From: Bdellovibrionales bacterium
Lineage (GTDB): Bacteria > Bdellovibrionota > Bdellovibrionia > Bdellovibrionales > UBA1609
DNA length: 56,529 bases
Assembly: GCA_020435005.1 (NCBI GenBank)
Contig: JAGRAE010000002.1
Coordinates: 1 to 56,529, forward strand
Direction: 5' to 3'
How positions within the stretch are numbered: the stretch's first letter is position 1; the number at the start of each line of letters is the position of its first letter. The translations under genes and the position numbers were made by a program. Shown in pieces: positions 27,501 through 35,400 of the stretch. Under the pieces are notes generated by a model. The model saw only the letters and a program-made list of their open reading frames with translations, ran no database searches and was not told where the DNA came from.

Positions 27501-30366
27501 ACAAATTTGCAGTTATTGGATTTACTGCATTTGCCGGATTGCCTAAACCATCCAACGTATTAACATCAAAAGGTCCAACACATTCACTCGTATTAGAACT
27601 TGAACCACCTGGGCTAACAATTTCAAAAGCCGAGGGAGTAATTGTTAATTGTAATACTGAAGAAGCGCTAAGATTACCTGCAGGATCAGTTATTGAGATA
27701 TTTAAAATTTCTGCAGCCACCCCTTTATAATATACACCAATTGAAGAATTCCCTCCGGGAACTGTTAAGCTTGTGGCTGAACCTGTCCCACCACAAGTAG
27801 GTGAAGTATAAAGTTTTCCTGTTGCTGATACACCATTAATACCATTTATGTTTAAATTAAGATTGCTATCTGTAGGCACAGAATTCCCGAGAGTGTCTTT
27901 CAGTGTAATTGTAAATACGGTTGAACACTGGCCAGCAACAACTGTTGATGGTCCGGTTAATTCAATATCCGAAGCCGTAAAGATAACTTCTTGTGGAAGT
28001 GAAGTCGTTTGTATATTCGCACCAGGATCAGATATATTAATATTTAATGTTTCTCCTTTAGGGTTTTTTAAATAAATTGTCGTTTCACTATTTGGTCTTG
28101 GATTTGCGGCTAATATCAAATTATTTGGATCTAACCCTATAGTGCAAGTATCATTAGAATAAACTTCAACTTGTGAACCCACAATGCCTGTTATCAGGCT
28201 TGTTGTTGGTAAGAAAAACTCGCCAAGACTTCCATCTTCAGCTAAAGGAGTAATTGTAACGGCTGTTGAACATTGTCCTGATGGAACTTTTAATGTACCA
28301 CCTCCAGATGCTTGCGCCAGCATACGCATTTTATTTGGGTTCACACGCACGTTTAGTAGACCGGGGCTTAACACAGCTGAAGTATCTGTCGCAGAAATAT
28401 TAAGTGATTCAACCTTATCACTTTTTAAATAAACTGTTCTAGTGTCTGTACCCGGAGTAAAGGTGACCGAGGTTCCAAGTGGACTGCCACCACAACTGTT
28501 ACTACTATACAACACGGCTGATCCCATGCCACTGAGTAAAACTGTAGCGTTTTGAATAGCTTTGGCCGGGTTGCCCCCCAAATCCTGTAACTGAACAGTT
28601 ATGGCTGTACTACAACTTCCAGATAAGACATCTGCCGGTCCAGTTAAGCTCACGGCCTGTGGAACACCGGCAGTAATATTAAAACTGTTACTATATGCTG
28701 GTGTGAGAGAGCCTGAGCTCGCCACTAAATTGTAACCCGTCTTGGTTATATCTATTCCTAGATCTGTAAATGTAGCAATTCCATTTACCGCACTGACAGT
28801 AGTTTGTCCGGAAAGTATTGCACCGCCTACATTTGAGGCTATTGACATTGTAATCGCTAATGAAGAACTAGCTCCACTAACAACGGTGTTGCCTTGTTGA
28901 TCTTGAATGGCAACTTTAACATCATTAAGGCCAAAATCACCAGCTGGAGAATTTATGGGTTGAACTGAGAAGGCTAACTTATTCGCTTCACCTGCAACAA
29001 AAGGTGCAAGAGTTTGGACATCAGTTAGACCTGCAGGTGAGGATACTGAAAGAATTCTTGCTGGAGGAACATTGTCAGCAACAGTTGTGGAAATCGAACC
29101 TGATGTTTGCCCTAAGTTATCTGTATTTAAAAAAGGTTGAATTAAAAAATCTCCAATAATATTGGAAGCAAACTTTGGTTTTATACCTGGCACAGGATTG
29201 CCAAAGCTATCATTTAAGGTAATAGTCACAGTGTAAGTATCTGATCCATTGGCAACTAAAGCTGTCGCTGGAGGTACTGCAGGATCAATGGCTATTAGTG
29301 ATTGTGTCGGATCAACATTTCCAGGTGAAATCATAAATTGATTTGATTCAACATTTAACTGAGTTGTTCCAAAAAATTGTGCAGAAGTGTCCTCTTTAAT
29401 AGCATTTAATATTTTAGCGCCCGACTCTTGAAAAAAGATATCAGTAAACGTCGCAACCCCACCGACAGCATTTATAGCTACTGTTCCACGGACAGAGCCA
29501 ACCGTGGGCGTGTTTACTGAAACTTCAAGTGTGATGAGTGCTGTAGCGTCTGGTCCACCTGTTACAAGATTATCATTTTCATCAAGTAACTTAATAACAG
29601 GTTGCTGGCTTAATGCTTCACCTGCGGCACCGTTTCCTGGTTGCGTTTCAAATACAATTTGAGATGCCTTACCCAAGGATTGAAATGAAATAGTTTCTTC
29701 ATTGTTATCAGCATAACCCTCAACAACAATACTGGCTTTACAAGTATAAGTTAAGTTGGGAGTTAAATCCTCAATTACTTTTTTGTTTAAACTCATGTTG
29801 CGGATATTGGCCATTAATACATATTCGCCATTAGCAGATGTTTTACAATGGATATTGATCTCAAGGGCTTCCCCCTCAGTTACACTACTAAACTCCACTT
29901 GTGCAGATGAAGAACTTAAAACCGTAACTGATTTAATTCCACCGTATGGAATGCCTACCAAATCATTTGTGTTCACATCTTCTTTGCCATCAGCATCCAC
30001 CGCTCTTACGCGGAATGAATAATAAAACCCTTCTGATAATCCAGCAATTGTCGCAGAATCTCGAGTAGCATCTACAGTTTTGATTAATTTTGGTAAGGTT
30101 GCCACAGTAACATCGTAAACATTGTAAGCCACAACATTTTTGTTTTCAGTCGGCGTCCATTTTAAGTTAACTTTAGAAGAAGCAATGGTCGTTACTGAGT
30201 CTAAGCCCTTGAAGTTGCCATAGGTTTCCCCTGTCGCTGGCACTTCAACTACTGATTCCTCTTTAGGCAAACAACCTGCGACGGAAAATAAGAAAAAGAA
30301 AGTTAAGATATTTACTTTTAATCTCATGTTGTTCTCAATTTTTTTTCTAATATTATTTACTTTCAT
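24544..30366 (-). CDS. 1940-aa lipoprotein: 2 FN3, ~8-9 invasin/Big-type Ig domains, ~11 NHL-like blades with GWIG/PGWC Cys-pair inserts
   Basis: Lipobox SVAGC. SD GGAGAGG lies upstream of the ATG at 30366. The N-terminal FN3 pattern includes VNLKWTP...YNVYD...YYSFRVRAVD. The middle region resembles Big_1 domains (e.g. FSVQPINSPAGDFGLNDVKVAIQDQQGNTV). The C-terminal repeats are in a sub-feature. Confidence 0.8.
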   Translation of the reverse strand: MKVNNIRKKIENNMRLKVNILTFFFLFSVAGCLPKEESVVEVPATGETYGNFKGLDSVTTIASSKVNLKWTPTENKNVVAYNVYDVTVATLPKLIKTVDATRDSATIAGLSEGFYYSFRVRAVDADGKEDVNTNDLVGIPYGGIKSVTVLSSSSAQVEFSSVTEGEALEINIHCKTSANGEYVLMANIRNMSLNKKVIEDLTPNLTYTCKASIVVEGYADNNEETISFQSLGKASQIVFETQPGNGAAGEALSQQPVIKLLDENDNLVTGGPDATALITLEVSVNTPTVGSVRGTVAINAVGGVATFTDIFFQESGAKILNAIKEDTSAQFFGTTQLNVESNQFMISPGNVDPTQSLIAIDPAVPPATALVANGSDTYTVTITLNDSFGNPVPGIKPKFASNIIGDFLIQPFLNTDNLGQTSGSISTTVADNVPPARILSVSSPAGLTDVQTLAPFVAGEANKLAFSVQPINSPAGDFGLNDVKVAIQDQQGNTVVSGASSSLAITMSIASNVGGAILSGQTTVSAVNGIATFTDLGIDITKTGYNLVASSGSLTPAYSNSFNITAGVPQAVSLTGPADVLSGSCSTAITVQLQDLGGNPAKAIQNATVLLSGMGSAVLYSSNSCGGSPLGTSVTFTPGTDTRTVYLKSDKVESLNISATDTSAVLSPGLLNVRVNPNKMRMLAQASGGGTLKVPSGQCSTAVTITPLAEDGSLGEFFLPTTSLITGIVGSQVEVYSNDTCTIGLDPNNLILAANPRPNSETTIYLKNPKGETLNINISDPGANIQTTSLPQEVIFTASDIELTGPSTVVAGQCSTVFTITLKDTLGNSVPTDSNLNLNINGINGVSATGKLYTSPTCGGTGSATSLTVPGGNSSIGVYYKGVAAEILNISITDPAGNLSASSVLQLTITPSAFEIVSPGGSSSNTSECVGPFDVNTLDGLGNPANAVNPITANLSGQGIAGKFYSDLNCSSIINSLNFAAGEGTKQFYFVGQYPDTLTLTVTDNAAILTQGTLAWTINADWGWIGTATKNGGVNDMLPVRMGIKPVAARYDGIFSAYDIEFSPDYRYMYIADYYKHKVTKFDYQNNQYIGWMGRIQHENGVGSTGSNLVTPSPALCINTLTNDELPGWCTGGISQAGGEYEVPEGAMSSPIDIAADENYIYVVQNGRDSINRYEAETGAFAGWIGRLYNVKPTGPGPGGPPNCTVAANDTPLPGWCIDGRLRNVGWTNGNYNLTGDGRMVNPRGVVVDDTYMYVASQSAINRFDKTTGAFAGWIGMVHTTPSSGAAGCSSAPADTLTPGWCFGGVSKRVHPYNHSGLAGGVYAPTRLMIIGTTLYVADNNYGSHINTYDKDTGAFIEALPNMNHNWKGLTGITTDGTKIYAADEERILKVDFTGLIESWMGKVANNSGMSGNVGCNTLNSNENTPGWCIGGTGKGGLDADSFIRTRAIAYDGNGNILVSGERYPGVKKFNASTGQLQGIIALEDNSPSEWTSNRITAAEDNGFDDKSYYSPRGVLVHGDYVFTTEYDGSRIKKINKYTGELVGWVGGMTSKPTGGSSPLCLLMGGMGASPSWCKGANFYPDWLWYDSGMIDYDVDGVMNRPYDLATDGTWLYVTDYDLNRVQRFRLDDGTYGGWIGRINNTPTGGDPGCAGAPVDSFTPGWCKGGAAKEGNGYGYMRDPAGIAYAAGSIYVVNRYYHNISKYNAVTGAFEGWIGRVNSNPSSGCTPASNGDFNVSNSGWCLDGNSQAGQNSTSRGGDFSFDVWSADVHSDGTYLYVSNGENRRIEKYNLNGQWLEAAFAEGDNYTKSWESDRAVVRTWGTWCSRVMSMWMDSTHIYTLNRQACARSGSNLPVYITKIDKATGTMIGWKGGIDPDFTPTGGDFGCSGATGSTPGWCQGGRVGVGSVLGTFMHDSPGAISGDANFLYVTDFQANRLIRVPK
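24547..27340 (-). repeat. NHL-like beta-propeller blades; 8 of ~11 carry a GW(I/M/V)G ... C ... (P/S)(G/S)WC insert (approximate bounds)
   Basis: Eight GWxG motifs (YIGWMGRI, FAGWIGRL, FAGWIGMV, IESWMGKV, LVGWVGGM, YGGWIGRI, FEGWIGRV, MIGWKGGI). Each is followed within ~20-35 aa by a Cys and then LPGWCTGG, LPGWCIDG, TPGWCFGG, TPGWCIGG, SPSWCKGA, TPGWCKGG, NSGWCLDG or TPGWCQGG. Blade cores resemble NHL units (YVAD..N.RI.KFD..TG). Confidence 0.65.
27341..29676 (-). repeat. ~8-9 tandem bacterial Ig-like (Big_1/invasin-like) domains (approximate bounds)
   Basis: A ~95-aa period with a recurring (A/S)..(L/I).F..QP......G......P.(V/I).(L/I).D..GN.V and a Cys in most units (SGSCSTAITVQLQDLGGNP, SGQCSTAVTITPLAEDG, AGQCSTVFTITLKDTLGNSV, TSECVGPFDVNTLDGLGNP). 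Confidence 0.6.
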
Positions 30367-30428
30367 AACCTCTCCAAAATACGTACAACACTTACAAGGC
30401 TTATCTTTATTATTAATATACTATGATC

Positions 30429-30457
30429 CTATCGGCTTAAGTCGGGACCAAATAAAG
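30429..30457 (-). promoter_or_regulatory. Promoter-like motif CTTTATT-N14-GCCGATAG (sigma-28-type -10) upstream of the 1940-aa gene
   Basis: Read on the minus strand. The -10 half matches GCCGATAA at 7/8 and lies 62 nt upstream of the ATG. The upstream half is identical to that of the motA and lon sites. A TAAAGTCT box overlaps or abuts it (rc of 30456-30463), but its 19-nt spacing is non-canonical. Confidence 0.35.
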
Positions 30458-30516
30458 ACTTTAATGGGGTTTTACTAAAAAATAATATAGAAATGTGTTT
30501 TATAATGAGACAAATA

Positions 30517-31560
30517 TTAGAAGCTGAGTCCTAAATTGAGACCAAGAAGCTCCAAAACCACTTCTTCAAAGCCAGAAACAAAAGTATGGTTAGAGTAGGC
30601 AAGTTCAAGATTCATCTTCCTGAGGTTACTCAAATTAAAATTTATGGCTGGCTTTACTTTAAAAGCCCGGTCCTCGGTTAAAGAAATTTTATCATATGTT
30701 GCATATGTAAATTCAAAAGAGTAACTAAAATTGCGGCTTTGATAATATTCGCTTCGCAAAGATAAGCTCGGCCCATATAAGTTTGAAAACCCAAAATCAG
30801 CCCCATGAGAGTACATACCAACAGTACTCACTCCTGCCATGAGTCGACTTCTCCAAAGAGGTGAGCTGAACAGTTTAACCTTGTATGTTAATTGTGCATC
30901 TGCTTCATAAACCTGAGGATTTAAATACTCTGGCTCTGATTGAAATGTAAAAAAAGAAATTTGAAAGTCAGCCAGAATTCCCCATTTATTACCTTTTTCT
31001 GGAGATAAGTAATTAACTCCGATCAACAAATTTTTTCCATTAAAAATTCCATATGATGTCTGTTCATAAATAATATTTCCATAGCCCAAAGAAAAGGCCA
31101 CTGAATCAAACGGTGAAGTTATTTTATATTCTCTTGCTTCAGGAGCAAACAAATAAACAGTCTCTACTTTTTTTTCACCATCTTCGTTTTGAGCTACAAA
31201 GGTAACTTCACTGATTCTAGAATTTAAGTAAGCATGTACCGTGTAAATATTGGGATCAGAAGTACTTCGCACTGGAACTTTATTGCCAACAAACAGCTTC
31301 CACCCAGGCTCGTTAAACTCGACAAGCAATCGCACCAAGGGGCGCATGCCTTCTTCACTTGGCACCATAAAAACGGGAGTTTTCAATGTTTTAAATTTCA
31401 TTTGTGTTATGAGTTTATCTTCACTCTTTTGGCGCAATATATGACATAACCAAACAGCTTTTTGTGCTTGCAAGACTTTTTGTTGAAACTTTTCGTCCTT
31501 TGCAAGAGTATTTAATGAAACAAAAAAGCAAAAGACACACAAAAAGATACGTGAAATCAT
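30517..31560 (-). CDS. Outer-membrane beta-barrel protein with ~130-aa N-terminal periplasmic domain
   Basis: Signal peptide ...VSLNTLA. The C-terminal ~200 aa show alternating amphipathic strands rich in Y/F/G/S, and the terminal residue is Phe (LGLNLGLSF), the classical OMP C-terminal signature. Confidence 0.6.
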   Translation of the reverse strand: MISRIFLCVFCFFVSLNTLAKDEKFQQKVLQAQKAVWLCHILRQKSEDKLITQMKFKTLKTPVFMVPSEEGMRPLVRLLVEFNEPGWKLFVGNKVPVRSTSDPNIYTVHAYLNSRISEVTFVAQNEDGEKKVETVYLFAPEAREYKITSPFDSVAFSLGYGNIIYEQTSYGIFNGKNLLIGVNYLSPEKGNKWGILADFQISFFTFQSEPEYLNPQVYEADAQLTYKVKLFSSPLWRSRLMAGVSTVGMYSHGADFGFSNLYGPSLSLRSEYYQSRNFSYSFEFTYATYDKISLTEDRAFKVKPAINFNLSNLRKMNLELAYSNHTFVSGFEEVVLELLGLNLGLSF

Positions 31561-31598
31561 GTGCTTAGAATATGCAACTTATACTTAGTTAACAAGTC

Positions 31599-32438
31599 TT
31601 ATTTTTCTTTTGCCGGTTCTCTTTGATTTAAATCTTGATAATAAAGGGTAAAACCTTGATAAATCTTTTTTGGATTTATTATCAATTGAGGATTGTTTCT
31701 CCAGATTTCTTTCCATTTATCTGAAGTTCCATATATCTTATTAGCAATTGACTTTAATGTATCTCCTTTTTGAATGAGATAGGGCTTTCCCTCTTTTTTT
31801 ACATAAACGTATTTTACATTTTCTATCGTTAATTCAGTGCCAACGTGCATTTTTGTATAATGCTTCATTTTATTTCTATTTAACTTGTAGATTTCCTTCC
31901 ACCTTAAATAGTTGCCATACTTTTCAAAGGCAATTTTCATAAGTGTATCACCAAGTTTTACTATGTACGTAACTGTTTTTCCGTCCTTGCTATCAATTTT
32001 TTTCAGTATCTTGCCCATAGATAGAGGGCCTTCATTTTTTGACGAAATTTTTCTTGCTAGTGGTCCTTTTCCATCTAAAAGTTTTTTCGGAGGTAATTGT
32101 TGTGGAAGCACTTGAGTTTCGGCAATTTCAGTTTCATTTTCAGTTTTCTCTTCTTTTAATTCTTCTGATTGTGGTGCAACTTCTACATCCTTAGCTCTTA
32201 ACTCTAGCAAGTTGGCAGAGGCATCCTGTGGCGCTAAGTAAATAGTTCCATTTTCACTAATTTCTGCAATTTCTTGAGCAATTTCAACCGGAAGCGGAAG
32301 AGCTTTTTGTGCTGGACTCAACTGCTGACGGAAGCCAGGTTCAACGTCTCGATGATCAGCACCAAAAAAGCTAGAACAGCCAGTAAGGCTAAGCAAAAGT
32401 ATTAAAATTAGTACGAAAGTAAGTCTGTATTTTCCCAT
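31599..32438 (-). CDS. Lipoprotein with acidic linker and two LysM peptidoglycan-binding domains
   Basis: Lipobox LSLTGC. LysM 1 is YIVKLGDTLMKIAFEKYGNYLRWKEIYKLN; LysM 2 is YLIQKGDTLKSIANKIYGTSDKWKEIWRNN. Confidence 0.8.
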   Translation of the reverse strand: MGKYRLTFVLILILLLSLTGCSSFFGADHRDVEPGFRQQLSPAQKALPLPVEIAQEIAEISENGTIYLAPQDASANLLELRAKDVEVAPQSEELKEEKTENETEIAETQVLPQQLPPKKLLDGKGPLARKISSKNEGPLSMGKILKKIDSKDGKTVTYIVKLGDTLMKIAFEKYGNYLRWKEIYKLNRNKMKHYTKMHVGTELTIENVKYVYVKKEGKPYLIQKGDTLKSIANKIYGTSDKWKEIWRNNPQLIINPKKIYQGFTLYYQDLNQREPAKEK

Positions 32439-32495
32439 CTTTGGTACTATCGGAGAAAAAATACAGACCTTCAGCCTTATCTAAATTTCTAGATC

Positions 32496-35400
32496 TTAGT
32501 CCCGTGGTGGAAGTGGCGGCAAGGGTATTAATGTGTCAGAATGAACCAACTTTAATATACTCTTTATCTTTAATTGAACTCGAGAATTAGCGTCTTCTAC
32601 CATAATTTTTAGAGAGTCTCGTTGTCTTACAAGATTCTCTAATATTTCTTCCAAGCGAGGCCTATCAGTCGAATGAAGTGGCGACTTTCCTAAATCAATT
32701 TCAACTTTTGAAATTTCTTTCTCTGTTATTTTCAAGTATTGCTTTAAAGGATCTAAGCTGGCTAAGCCTTTTAACTCATTGATTATAGCAATAGCCTGTT
32801 CTTTAATTAGCTGCTTTTCTTTATCAATTGATTGCGTATAAAGGTTCAGCTGTTTTTCCCTTTGTGAAATGTGATTATTTTTAACACCTAGCTTATCTTC
32901 TAATTTTTCATTTGTAGCTTTAAGTCTTTTAATTTCTTCCTTCAAACCATCTATCTCTGAATACTTATGACCTATCGCCTCGTTTACTTTTAATTTAACT
33001 GTATTTTCATTTGCTGATTCTAAATCCATCTGTGACTGTGTTAATTCATCAATCCGCTTTTTGTATTTATTAATTGTCTCTTCAAGCTCAAATTTATGTT
33101 TACCACGTATTTTCTGTAGTGAAATTTGATGTTGTTCTTGAAGTACTTTAATCTGTTCGTCTTTTTCTTGAACTATCTTCTTCTCTGTTTTTAGAAAGTC
33201 TGCTTCAATACTCTCTATTTTCTTATCATATCTTGCTATTACTTCTTTTATCTTTTCTTTTGCTTTTATATCTACCGCTTGCACCTTTAATGTATGTGCT
33301 TCTTGAGTACTTTGATATACTTCTTCTTGTTCTGATTTAAACTTGGCAATTTGCGTTTCATATTCACCTGATAATCTATCTATCTCTGTCTTATATAATG
33401 CTCTAGCTTCATCAAGTTCATTCTGAGACTTTTCTTCAAGCCATCGATATTTCTGATTAAACTCCATCTCTTGCTTGTTTATCTTCTCTTCCAGAATGTT
33501 GCTTATCTTATTAATTTTATCTTCGTAATCACTCACATAACTTGTTATTTTCTCATTGTAGTAATTGTGTATTTCGGTTTGTTTATCGTGATGTTGATCT
33601 TGAAGCGATTGGATTTTTTTACTATATTTTTCTACAATCTCTGTGTTTTCATTTTTTAAATGAGTCAGTTGTTGAGAGTAAAAGTGTTTGTCGCGATGGG
33701 CCTCTTCTAGAAGATCATTATTTCTCTTTTCTAGTTTTGTGTTTTTTAGGCTAAGCTCTTCATTTATATCTTTAAACTTGGCTCTCTCTTGTTTTAGATT
33801 TTTTTCTAGTTCTTCAATCTTCCCTTTTAGTTCTATTATTTCATACTTTTGCTGATTAACTATTTCCTCGAAAGCCTTTTTTTCGCTTATCGCAACATTT
33901 GCTTCTTCTTGTAAAGATTCAATTTGATACTTTAAGTTTACGATTTCATTTTCTAATACGCGAGACTTCTCTAAGTAATCTCCTCTTACTTCATCAGCTT
34001 GCGTTGAAATTTTTCTGTTTTCTTCAATATATTCGAAGATTTTCAATTCTGAAGAGTTGTATTTATCTTGTACTTCAGCTAGCTGCTCAGATAAAGCATC
34101 TACTTCCATCGCCCGCTGTTTACTCACATTGGCTTGGTCGCTGAGCCGGGCCTGCAAAGACTTTATTTCTCTTTCCGTTTGTTGTTTTACGTTTTCATAC
34201 TCAGATTTTAATTGGCTTAATTCTTCACGAATTTTCTCGTGCTTCGATCGCAAGTCGACCAATTCATTTTTTTTCTCGCTTATAATTTCATTTTGGTTAG
34301 ATATTTTATCTTCTAAAGTATTAACTTTAATTTGATGAGTGTTTATTTTGTCATTTAACGTTTGTCTCAGCTGAGTTAGTTCGATTGTTGATTTTTCATA
34401 ATTCTTTTGAAGCACTAATATCTCAGAAGTCTGATTCGAAATTAGACTTTCTTGATTCGAAATTTGCGCTTCAAACTCATCAATAGTAATTTGACTGTTG
34501 TTTAATAAATTGTTATGTTTTTTCTGTAAGTCATTATATTCTCTGAAAACATCATCATATTTTTCTCTAATCTCAATTAAACTTATGCTTTGTTCTTCTA
34601 ATTTACTTTTTTGACTGTTAATCTCTTCTTCTAGTTCGCATACAGTACTACTATATTTGCTTGTGATATTGTCAATTTCTTGAGATAACTTCTTGTTTTC
34701 AATTTCGAGCGTGCTTACTTTTTGTAAGTTAACATTTAAAATCTCTTCTTTTTCATTTATTTTGATTGTGTAATTTTTAATTTCGTTTCTTAATTCAGAA
34801 ATGAGTTGTTCATACTTAGACTCATTATTTATTTTATCTTTCTTTAAACTTCCTAGCTCTATACGAAGAGCATTTATATTTAACTCAAGTTTGCTAATGT
34901 TATTAGTTTTCTCTTCCATCTTTGAAAGTAGATCTTGTTTTTCTTTAACAAGTGACGAGTTTTCATTCTCTATTCTTTCTAAGGTTAGTTTATTCGAGTT
35001 CAGTTGTGTTTCCATAATCTGAACTTTTTCTTTATAGCTGCTTTTTAAATCTTCAATCTCATTTTGCAAACCCGAATGCTTTTGTTTAAATTCGACTATT
35101 ACTTTTTCTTTTTCTAGAAATTCATTATTGAAACTTTCAATTCTGCTCGCTAAAGCTTGTTTTAGTTCATCATTTTCTTCAGCTTGCTTTTCTAGATCAG
35201 CTTCTGTATTTTTTAATTTATTTTCCAAATCACTTTTTGTTGTATTTAGCAGCTGTTTTAAACTGCTCAATTCCTTGTTTAGTGTTTTGTTCTCCTCATT
35301 AATCTTTTTAAGTTCAACTTCCAAAGCTCTCTTTGCTTTTTCCACATCAATAAGGCTTTGCTTCAGCTGTTTATGCTCGACGTGCAATACGTCATATATT

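Noticed and set aside
22127-30022. Many 60-96-aa plus-strand ORFs inside the giant adhesin genes (e.g. 22127, 22665, 23106, 24903, 26021, 27488, 27848, 28184, 29756; also 8190, 8465, 19784)
   Set aside because: All are antisense to long ORFs with coherent domain repeats. They have no SDs and low-complexity products, as expected by chance in long stop-poor antisense frames.
15520-30219. CRISPR array or DNA-level tandem repeats in the giant genes
   Set aside because: The periodicity is at the protein-domain level (~255-290 nt units) with diverged DNA. There are no short identical direct repeats with unique spacers anywhere in the window. The 35-bp repeat at 55664 has only two adjacent copies and no spacers.
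30456-30463. Canonical sigma-28 -35 box TAAAGTCT paired with GCCGATAG upstream of the 1940-aa gene
   Set aside because: The spacing is 19 nt instead of the canonical 11. I therefore describe the site by the recurrent CTTTATT-N13/14 architecture and keep the canonical reading only as a note.
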